Shown here piece after piece: positions 27,097 through 37,208 of a stretch of DNA of 64,000 bases (position 1 is its first letter; the number at the start of each line of letters is the position of its first letter). The stretch is from Schmidtea polychroa (lineage: Eukaryota). The translations under genes and the position numbers were made by a program. The DNA is taken from assembly GCA_044892525.1 (NCBI GenBank), contig CM097885.1, positions 1,116,001-1,180,000 on the forward strand, in the 5' to 3' direction. The notes beneath the pieces were generated by a model. The model searched no databases, was not told the DNA's origin, and worked only from the letters and a program-made list of their open reading frames with translations.

Positions 27097-27462
27097 TTAA
27101 TAATAATATTATTAATAATGTAGTCTACAGTAAGCATGTAGCTACATAGTAGTCTGCAGTGGGCATGCAGCTACTTCTCTTTAATATAAATAATAATAAT
27201 GTAGTCTACAGTAAGCATGTAGCTACATAGTAGTCTGCAGTGGGCATGCAGCTACTTCTCTTTAATATAAATAATAATGTATTCTACAGTAAGCATGTAG
27301 CTACATAGTAGTCTGCAGTGGGCATGCAGCTACTTCTATTTAATATAATAATAATATAATAATAATAATAATAATATAAATAATCTGACCCTTCTACTGT
27401 AGTCTGCAGTGAGCATGCAGCTACATAGTAGTCTGCAGTGAGCATGCAGCTACTTCTCTTCA

Positions 27463-27511
<49 letters not shown>

Positions 27512-29694
27512 CTGACTCGTCTAATATTTAACATATTCATATAATAATCTGACCTATCTACTAAAATCTCTCTAATATTCTCTCGAATATATTAACCTAT
27601 TTTCTATAAGGATTTATCATCATTTGTTATATAGTTCATTTGAATTAAATAACAAATGATGATAAATCCTTATAGATGTAACAATTAATAACAATTAGAA
27701 AAAGAATAAAACTTTAATTTTATTATTTAACAGGTAGACTATATCCGAACTATTGTCAAACATCAATTGGACATAGCGATAAATGTCATCGAACAATGAA
27801 AAAGTATTATAGAAAGACGTTTAATTCGCTCAACTTTTTTATATGCCCCAAATGTGTAACGAGCGAAAAAATAAAATATAGGGAATTTTTTAATAAACAT
27901 CATAGTCACTTAGGGCAATTTTCGATATCAAAAAATGTTTTATTTAAAAAAATAAATAAAAAAAAATTACAAAAAAATTTATCAAAAAATTTACCAAAAA
28001 ATACTATTAAAAAAGATATAAAAAAAGATATTAAAAAAGATTTAAAAAATATTAAAAAAAATATTATAAAAGAAAAAACAGATTCTATTAAAAAAGATGC
28101 TATTATTATTAAAAAAGATACTATAAATATTATTAAAAAAGATATTATAAATATTAAAAAAGATTCTATTAAAAGACCTGCTGGTTTAATTAAAAATTGC
28201 ATTCCTAATAAATTATCGCGACCTGAAGTGATAGTCATCAGCAAAGATGAATGTGTAGCTTCAACATCGTTCACACAGCATGCACCCTCTACACAACAAG
28301 CACCCTCTACACAACAAGCACCCTCTACACAACAAGAAGTGATAGTCATCAATGATGAATGTGTAGCTTCAACGTCTTTCAACATATGTCAAATAGGCGG
28401 CTCTTTGTTTGAACCTATGGTAGAATCCGATTTGAACGGATCGCGTAAAACTTTAAAATTTGATATTAGAAATCAAAACTTAGTAAAAATAGCCCTAACA
28501 TCAAAAATTGAAGATAGATTAATAGAGGAAATAGAAAAGATGGGCAATGTAAAAATTCAATTCACAATTTTAATTAAATTTGAAAAAGATGGGGAGATCC
28601 GGGATAATTATTTTTCAAACAATGCTCAAGTTTTTACATCAAACTTTATAAACGAGGGGGTGAGCAAATTAAATGAAAAGATTGAGCAATTCACCTATTT
28701 AGGAAGCGGGTGGCGAGTAATGAATATTTTAGAAATAGATTTTATTTTAACGAAATACGCACCCGTTAGTAGATTATCCGGACATAGCTATATAAAAACC
28801 CCATCAGCATTAAAATTAAAACATGCAATAATTAATGTTAAAAACAACGACCATAAGTGCTTCTTGTATAGCATTCTTGCACTTTTAAAAAGAGAAGAAA
28901 TAGGTCGTAATCACCAAAGAGCCGCTAAATATATAGAATTTTTACCTCTATTAAATTATGACGAAGACAGCGATTGCCCGATGAGGCTATGCAACATTCC
29001 CAAATTTGAAAGAAAAAATAGAGATTTAAACTTGAGCATAAACGTTCTGTCTTATAATCCAGCCAGTTCTGATTTAGATATTTCTGAGGATTATGTAGCT
29101 CACCACCCTCATTTTAATATAGTACATCGCTCCAAGGTTATAGACGGTAGACCAATTTATTTATTACTTTTGAGTAATAAAAATAAATATCATTATACAG
29201 CCGTGACAGACTTGGACAAATTAATGAATTGTCATGAAAATGAAAATGTAAATGTTCAAATAAGGTGTAACTGGTGCCCACATTGCTTAAATGGCTTTAG
29301 ATATAAGAATGCTTTCGATCAGCATGTTGCTCTATGCTGTAAAAATCAGACTGGCACAACTTTGTATACACTTCCTAAAAATAAAGATTTATTATTCACA
29401 GATTACGCAAAAACCGTTACACCTCCCTTCGTAATTTATGCCGATTTTGAATCGGTTTTACCAGAACATGAAACATATCATCAAATACATTTACCCATAT
29501 CAGCAGGTCTTTTATTAATTAATAATTATACACACACTAAATTTTATTATTATTTTTTTGGACCTAATTGTATTTTGGATTTTTTGAGGAAAGTGGAGGA
29601 AATTGCTGTCACAATTGTCCTGCCATATTACGAACTTGAAGGTCATAAAGGCATGTCCGATGATTTAATGAACTCGTGCTCAATTTATATATAA
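25763..29694 (+). CDS. Six-exon Polinton-type pPolB gene (copy F, distinct paralog), 3'-truncated after Exo I
   Basis: Exons 25763-25817, 25865-25927, 25973-26065, 26113-26205, 26256-26435, 27734-29694 join in frame via GT-AG phase-1 introns; GSGW, INVKNNDHKCFLYSILA, HY, CPHCL, VIYADFES. Confidence 0.8.
26559..26910. repeat. Intronic minisatellite, ~27-bp core TTATGAAGAAAATGATTTATGCCCAAA
   Basis: Directly visible tandem copies decaying toward the right. Confidence 0.9.
27118..27460. repeat. Intronic array of ~80-bp units, each a dimer of GTAGTCT(A/G)CAGTRRGCATG(C/T)AGCTAC, embedded in (TAA)n
   Basis: Four units visible with AT-rich spacers. Confidence 0.9.
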
Positions 29695-29721
29695 AGACTA
29701 ATTTTCATAAATGATTTAATA

Positions 29722-30159
29722 ATGTTAGCAAATATAAATTATCGAGGAAATTTTGATGTATCGAATATGAGGTTCCCACCAGGGAAACCCCAGCAAATTA
29801 TCGATAGAAGTGGGAAATATCCGATAATATTTTTCAAGACTGGTAAATGCCGAATCATGGGATGTAAGAAACCTTTGGATATTAATAAATTACAATATCG
29901 AATAAATAATATTACAATCCAATCAATTACCGTTACTATGGATATGGGACATAGTATCAATCTATATAACATGTCGAAAAAATGTGATTGTATGTTTGAA
30001 CCGGAATTGTTTCCGGCACTAAGACTATTAAAATATAACCCTATATGTGTCAACGTGTTTGCTAGTGGAAATGTTGTCATGTTGGGGTTGAGAAATTTGG
30101 AGTATAGAGAATTTGTTGACAATGTTCGAAATGAGATAATTTCATTGGTCGATTTCTAA
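29722..30159 (+). CDS. Divergent TATA-binding-protein-like protein (core fold only, 145 aa)
   Basis: Two TBP repeats: NINYRG..IIFFKTGKCRIMG and IQSITVTMD..INL..FEPELFPAL..VNVFASGNVVMLG. Confidence 0.85.
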   Translation: MLANINYRGNFDVSNMRFPPGKPQQIIDRSGKYPIIFFKTGKCRIMGCKKPLDINKLQYRINNITIQSITVTMDMGHSINLYNMSKKCDCMFEPELFPALRLLKYNPICVNVFASGNVVMLGLRNLEYREFVDNVRNEIISLVDF

Positions 30160-30235
30160 TTGGTTAATTTCTTATTGGTTATTGATTGATTTAAACAAAC
30201 GGTTTTTGTTTAGAATTCATTTTTTTTTCAACATC

Positions 30236-30590
30236 ATGTACAAATTACCAAGCTCTGCAAACCTCATGAAGGATATCGACGATTACGGTAAATTTTAAAT
30301 TTTTATTTTCACATTATTTACTATTTATTATTTTAGAAAAATATTTAGATGTAATGATCAATACACTCAAATACTATTATCCTCAAATTATTGAAATCAT
30401 CAAGGATCGAGAAGCAGAAATAATTCCGGACCTCATTTTCTACTCAACCCAAATAAGAATTATGGAGGTATTCCATCAATTCTTATGGGATATAAAGATT
30501 AACAGAACAGTGAAAGAAATGAAGCCGGAATATCAATGTATGTTCGGATGTTCCTGCTGTGCCGATCGATATCGGCGATATGTGGAATGA
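30236..30590 (+). CDS. Hypothetical two-exon protein with C-terminal Cys cluster (CMFGCSCC)
   Basis: Exon 30236-30287, 49-nt GT-AG intron, exon 30337-30590 in frame; AATAAA downstream. Confidence 0.6.
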
Positions 30591-30930
30591 AAGTTAGTGA
30601 AAACTCTGAGAAGGTTTCACTACTCCCGGATTGTAGATAAATATCAATAAATGTATTTTTGTATTGAGTTTTTTTTTTATATTTGATGTAGAATTAGAAA
30701 TAATAATAATAATAATAATAATATAAATAATAGAATTAGAAATAATAATAATAGAAGTAATGATAGTAATAATAAAACATTAATAATATGTACATTAATA
30801 GAACATAAATGCAGCATTAATGCAAATGAAATGCAAATTTAAACAAAGACATACTGTAATCTGATTGGTTGATAGGCATGAGTCAAAGGTATAAAAACCC
30901 TGTAACATTTAAATTTATTCATTATTCACG

Positions 30931-31341
30931 ATGACCAAGAAAATTTCAAGCACCGAAAAACCTAAAGAAATGGTACAACCAGTTCAAATGTTCCACAACT
31001 ACAAAATGTATTTTTTGAAAGAAGAAATCAATATGAAATTGGTTGCACCAGTCAAGCTAATTCCGACTAAATTCGAATTCTTATCCGGCACGCTTTCAAT
31101 GATTGATGTCAAAACTATTGATGATGTTTTTAAACGGATAGATTCGAATCTATCGTGTAATCAACATGCATGGTTCAACAATAGATATGCAAGATTTTAT
31201 GATGCTTTTGATGAAATCAGTTTCAAAGAAAATGAAAATTGGTATATAACAATAGCAATCCAGGGATATAAAGTTGATAATAATGATGTATATTCTCCTA
31301 TTTGGAAAATTATGTCTGCTAGACTTTCACAAGTATTTTAA
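30931..31341 (+). CDS. Hypothetical 136-aa protein, possible OB-fold ssDNA-binding protein
   Basis: CCAAT box, TGAGTCA and TATAAAA upstream, AATAAA downstream, paralog fragment at 10618-10755; function is inference only. Confidence 0.65.
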   Translation: MTKKISSTEKPKEMVQPVQMFHNYKMYFLKEEINMKLVAPVKLIPTKFEFLSGTLSMIDVKTIDDVFKRIDSNLSCNQHAWFNNRYARFYDAFDEISFKENENWYITIAIQGYKVDNNDVYSPIWKIMSARLSQVF

Positions 31342-31467
31342 TGTTATATTTAATAAATGTATTAGTCAGATTTGTTTTTCTCTTTATTAATTGCAACATA
31401 AATGCAAATGACATGCAAATTTAACAAAGAAAATCTATAAACAAAATTATAATATAGTCTTAAAGTG

Positions 31468-31853
31468 ATGAAAATGACTGCAGAAAAAGGTTAACATGAT
31501 TAATTAATTACCGAATTATTTATTATTTAGAATTTTTAATCAACTTTTTGTTGGAAAAGTTACCAGAAATATCTGGTGTGAAAATTGAGGACATATTATC
31601 TATTACAAATGCCTTAAATATCGGCTGGTTAGTTGAGAGTCAAGATACAGGATTTGATGATGAGGAAGAAACTCAAGAAACCGATACTCAAGAAATTGAT
31701 GAGGAAATCTATGAACCTATAGATGAACCTATAGAGGAACCTATAGAGGAACCTATAGAGGAATCTAAAGATAATATTACGAATGATTGTATTGATCATG
31801 TCGTTGAAAATATAATGAAATGTGGAGATGACGACTGCGAATGTGTTAATTAA
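31468..31853 (+). CDS. Hypothetical two-exon highly acidic protein with (EEPI)n repeats
   Basis: Exon 31468-31489, 41-nt GT-AG intron, exon 31531-31853 in frame. Confidence 0.6.
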
Positions 31854-31936
31854 TAAATCTTAGTTAATTAGTGTTTGTAAATTTATTTAAAATGTTATTT
31901 AAAAATTTATTTAAAAATCAAACAAAAATAACTATA

Positions 31937-32457
31937 TTAATTTTTATTTAAAAATCTGGTTAATATATACAAAATAGCAACACCTGTTGCAAGTTTTACA
32001 TAGTTTTTAAATTTTCTTTTCTGATCATCAATTTCCTTCGCATTTCTGGCGAGTTGATTGAGTAGTCCCCATCCGCCATTGGCTTCAATCCATGGTTGAA
32101 ACTTTGACTTGATTATCTAGAAAATAAATATTAATAAAATATAAATTATAAAAGTATTACTTCTTGAGACCACTGATAATAGTGCTCTGAGTCCCATAGA
32201 CTTCTTTGGATTATTATTTTCATATAAGCGAACCCTACTAGTATTCGGGTCCACTTCATCTGATCGTCGCATAGACAGTTAAAAATTCTATTAAAATAGA
32301 ATTTTTTGGTTTCGAGACAATCAGAATTGATCACATCTTCATAATCAATGTGATTACCTTCTATAATCTTTTCGGTCTGATCGACCAGGAAACATAGGCT
32401 TTCCATAATATTCCTGTTGACGAGTTCTCTTAAAAGATTTTCCATAAATTGAGACAT
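31937..32457 (-). CDS. Bcl-2 family protein, two exons (32457-32161, 32116-31937), 158 aa
   Basis: BH1-like LCDDQMKWTRILVGFAY, 44-nt GT-AG intron, BH2 FQPWIEANGGW, C-terminal anchor KLATGVAILYILTRFLNKN. Confidence 0.85.
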
Positions 32458-32562
32458 TTTTACAATAATTTAAAATATGATGTTTTATTTATACTAATAC
32501 CGGATGATTTTGATTGGTTGATAGACTATAAATGTAAAAGAAAGGTTTTGATTTGATACACC

Positions 32563-33060
32563 ATGAAAACTATATTCATATTGCTAATTATTATAACGAG
32601 TGTGTGCTCACACAATACAACAATAACAGTGGAGTCTTTTAATAAATCAATATGTGTTTGTCCGAATACAGCCAAGTTGATGGATATTTTATATATTCTG
32701 GACAAACCAAAATGGTCAAAGCATCCAGGAAAAAGAATATCTCAAAGATTGGAGAATTTAGAAAACAGTTATGAACTATCATTTGAATATATACAAAATA
32801 TAAAATTTGAATTGATTGATCATATTAAGGTTTTCAATAACTCTATTGTTGAAAATAAAATGAATATGAAAATAATTGATAAGAAGCATGATTATTTGTA
32901 AAAAAAGATTGAATTATTATTAAGAAAAATTCAAACAATCAAAGGATCAATAGAATCTCTGAAAATCAATTCTACGTTACCAATTTCAAACAATATTGCT
33001 GCGAATAGTACATCAATATTTAGTTTACCTTTGTTAATTTTACATTATTTTATTGTTTAA
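32563..33060 (+). pseudogene. Secreted/surface coiled-coil glycoprotein with one in-frame stop (32899-32901)
   Basis: Signal peptide MKTIFILLIIITSVCS, several NxS/T sites, frame stays open after the TAA to hydrophobic tail SIFSLPLLILHYFIV. Confidence 0.6.
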
Positions 33061-33180
33061 ATAAATGTATGTTTTGTTGATTTGTTGAGCGTGACCAGTA
33101 CCTTTGTGAGCATTACCCATAGGGGGACAAAATATTTTGTCGGATAGACTAGGAGTATATAGACTCGGAGTATATAGATT

Positions 33181-33227
<47 letters not shown>

Positions 33228-33369
33228 TAATAATAGTAATATATGGCTCATTCGAAAGGTCTTGGATTGAGCTTTAAAATGAGCTATCGATTATTAATTT
33301 TCGTTGGCGAGAACTTTGAAAAAATTAAAAATAAAATAATAATAAAAATAATAATATTTTTTAAAAATA

Positions 33370-33910
33370 ATAATATGACCTTGGGAATTCTGATGAGTCA
33401 TCGGATGAGTCATATGACCTTGGAAATTTTCAATGAGTCATAGTATGACTCACATGACCTTGAAAATGACCTTGGTGAATCATAGGATGAGTCAGATGAC
33501 CCTGAGGAAATTTTTTCAAGGTCATATGACTCATACTATGACTCATATGTCCTTGAAAATGTCCTTGATGAGGCATAGGATGAGTCAGATGGCCTTGAAA
33601 ATTTTTTTCAAGGGCATATGAGTCATACTATGAGTCATATGGCCTTGGGAAAAAATTTCCATGGCCACATGAGTCATAGTATGAGTCATATGACCTTGAT
33701 AGTGACCTTGATGAGTCATGGACTTTGTTTAAATGACCTTGAAAAATTTTTTTGACCTTGATGAGTTATATTATGAGTCATACGACCTTGAAAATGACCT
33801 TGATGAGTCATAGGATGAGTCATGGTCTTTGTTTAAATGGCCTTGAGAAATTTGATGAGTCATACTATGAGTCATGGTCTTTGTTTCAATGACCTTGATG
33901 AGTCATATGT
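33370..33910. repeat. Subterminal array of TGA(G/C)TCA pairs and TGACCTTG motifs
   Basis: More than 15 TGAGTCA/TGACTCA, often paired 12 bp apart, interleaved with TGACCTTGA. Confidence 0.9.
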
Positions 33911-33949
33911 CTTTGTTTTACTTTTAGACTTAGCATATTTTTGAAAAAT

Positions 33950-33996
33950 ATGACGACCGGGGGGGTACTGTGCTAGCGGTGCCCAATCCATCTACT
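33950..33996 (-). other. Candidate Polinton-type terminus (5'-AGTAGATGGATTGGGCACC.. on the minus strand)
   Basis: GC-rich block ending CATCTACT, abutting (ATA)n; AGTAG start resembles the terminus at 18176; partner end not found. Confidence 0.45.
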
Positions 33997-34170
33997 ATAA
34001 TAATAATAATATATCAACCAAATACTATACAACACATAAAAGATTAACTAAACACATAAAAATAACTAGACACATAACAAAACATATAAACATTAACTAG
34101 ACACATAAAAAACATAAAAATTTACCAAACAAATAACAAATGTATGTATATAAACTTTTATTTAATAAAA

Positions 34171-37100
34171 TTAGTCCTCATCAGACAAAATAACGTCATC
34201 GATATCGATATCATCTTCTCCAAAATCTTCTCCAACATCTTCAATAAGTTCTTCCTCATCTTCTCCAACATTTTCACCAAATTCATCTCCAACAATTTCT
34301 CCAACATTTTCTCCAACAATTTCTCCAACATTTTCTCCAATATTTAATTCACTTAATCTTACATGCCCATTTTTTCAGCAGCTTCAGGGAAATCATCCAA
34401 CTTCTCATTTAGCTCAGAATAAATTACAAAATCAACTTCAAGAGTGTATCCATAAGACAAAGAATCAAGATTTAAATTCCTACATTCATCCATTATTAAA
34501 TCAAATCCATCAAGAACCCAACTAAATTCACCACAAGGTAATGATTGACTTAAAGCCCAACCATATAGATTATTAATACTTATATAAAGTAACTCGGTGT
34601 TCTCATCGGTTTTTACGTAATGCTAATTCACAAAAGTAATACCGCCTCTTATTCCACCCTCATAAAAGCTAAACATTTCGTTTTCAGTTATGAGCTCAAT
34701 TGGTTCATTTAAAGACATTAATGCCGAAGACCAAGACATACCTGGAATTCCGAAATAATTCAATGGTTCCAATCTATTGTGAGCAATAGATTTCAACCGA
34801 AACTGATGAAAGAAATCAGCCAAAAGAAAACAATCAAGTTTTAAGTAGATCATCATATAATCTAATAAAATTAGGCAATTAGTTTCTACCCAAATCTCCT
34901 GAGCTTTTTCATACTAAAGCTCAGTAACACCCTCCCAGATTGGTGGTAATTCATAAGTAGTTTGGAGAATATCTAAAGATGTAGCGAAATTATAAGGGAA
35001 GATTCCTTTTTCAGAAACTATAGTGCCAGAAAAAACAGAATTAGTAAAAGGCAAAGAATTCAAAGTTTTGACTGCTTTAGCTAAAGAATCATTAACAAAT
35101 TGATAAGAATCAATGAATTGATAAGAATCAATTCTTTTGCCTAAATGCGCAATCAAAGAAATAAATTTTTCAGTCGTTATTGGGATGCAACCTAAAGTCC
35201 AATTTTTAAATTTATTTAATCCGTATTTAAGTATATGATGCATATCGTATCCCTTCAAGTTGTGAAATACGATAGGCAAAATTTTATTTATTTTCTTATT
35301 TTTGTTACATGTGCTACAAGCTGCACCCAAATATTTCCCCGTTAAATGATCGTGATCTCTAACAGGATCAACGATAGATTTCATACAAAGATAACAAACA
35401 GATGCACTAACAAATTGACGTTGTTCAATTTTCGTTAATTTAATCATAGGTTTCCTACCCATTTTATAATAAAAAGGAAGAACCTTATTTAATGCTATAT
35501 CCTCTATAGCACTTAAAAAACTCTCGACGCAATCTAAACCTATGAACTGTTGATAAGATTTAGATACGTCAAAGTTATTTACAAGTAAAAGACCAGCAGA
35601 TATTGGCATGTGTCGTTGGAAATGAACATTATCAGAAGGTAAAATAGCCTCAAAATCGGCATAAACTACAAAAGGAGGAGTTACTGTTTTTGACCAGTCA
35701 GTAAACTGCAATAATTTATTTTGAGGGAAAGTGTAAAGAGTTGTTCCTAATTGATTACGTTTACATAATATTTCATGTTTTTCCAGTGCGTGTTTATACC
35801 TAAACCCATTCAAACACCGATGGCACCATAATGAACGTATGCGTGTAGGACAACTAGTGTTGATACCACAATTCAGTAACCTATTTAAATTACTTATAGC
35901 AACGTAATGGAAATTGTTTCCTTTATTTAAAAGTAGTAAATTAATTACAGTTCCATTTAAAACTTTGGAACGATGTATAATATCTAAATGTGGATGTTTT
36001 AATACATAATTATCAATTAATTGTTTGCTATTATCATATGAAAAAACATTAATTATTAAACCCGAATTTTTAGATTCAAATTTCCTAATGTCTTTTAATT
36101 TCATAGGTAATTCTAACGGGTCGTATACTAAGTCAGATAAATTATAACTCGATGTCCTATCTCTAGCATAACTACTAACTTCATCATATTTTAAAATAGC
36201 TAAAATGCTATATAAAAAACATGAATCATCAGTGTTTTTTATATTAATTAAACAATATTTATTTTTTAGATAAGTAGGTGTTTCAATGAAACTCCTACCA
36301 CTTAATCTACTTAACCTACTTATTTTTGTTATGGTGAAATGTATTTCAGTAATATTTTTTATATTCCAACTGCTTCCTAACTCAGTAATATTAGTAATTT
36401 TCTCATTTAATTCTTTAATGCCTTCATCAAAAAATGATGCAGTTAAAGGCTTTGCATAATTTGAGATATTATTAACCTTTATTTCCCCGTCTTTTTCAAA
36501 TTCGATTGTTATTCCGAATTGAATTTTGACGGAGCCTTATTCGTTAATAATATCTCGTAATTTTATTATTAGTTGTTCAGGAAATATTACTTCTTTTATA
36601 TTTAAGTTGCTGTATTTAAGCTTAATATTTGATGGGTACCTCTTAAATCTCTTTTACTGTCGGTACATTTCCACCTATTTGTATTATATTTAATCCATCC
36701 CAAGAATCAAAGGAAGTGAATAATCCATCATTGGATTCAACAACCAATCCGACCTGGGATTCAACAAAAGGCAATCTGACCTGGGATTCAACAAAAGACA
36801 ATCCGTCCTGGGATTCAACAACCAATCCATCATTGGATTCAACAAAAGACAATCCGACCTGGAATTCAACAAAAGACAATCCAGCCTGGGATTCAACCTC
36901 TTATCCGACCTGGGATTCAAAAGAAGAAGTATCTAATTTAATTTTTTTATTTGTATTATTTTTTTCTATAGTTGAGGGTCTTTTAAAAACACTATCTTTT
37001 TTAAAATTAAACCTATCTTAATGATTTTTATGTTTATTATAAAAAACGCTATATGTTACAGGGTCACTAGTCTTACATACGAGACATATAAAATAAGTTT

Positions 37101-37193
37101 TATTATAATATTTTTTCGTGTAATAATTCTCCGTTATAGAATGGCAATTATTATCATGTTCTTTCGATGAACAATAATTTGGATAAAGTATAC
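34171..37193 (-). pseudogene. pPolB copy G (N-terminus to motif A, then deletion to the acidic C-terminus)
   Basis: VYADFEAIL, RDHDHLTGKYLGAAC, FHNLKGYD, KGIFPY, YLKLDCFLLAD, GIRGGIT, INNLYGWA; deletion junction ~34368. Confidence 0.9.
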
Positions 37194-37208
37194 CTATAAA
37201 ATAAAAAT

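Noticed and set aside
27118..27460. CRISPR-like appearance of palindromic repeats with spacers
   Set aside because: Spacers are near-identical AT microsatellite, no cas genes, eukaryotic context
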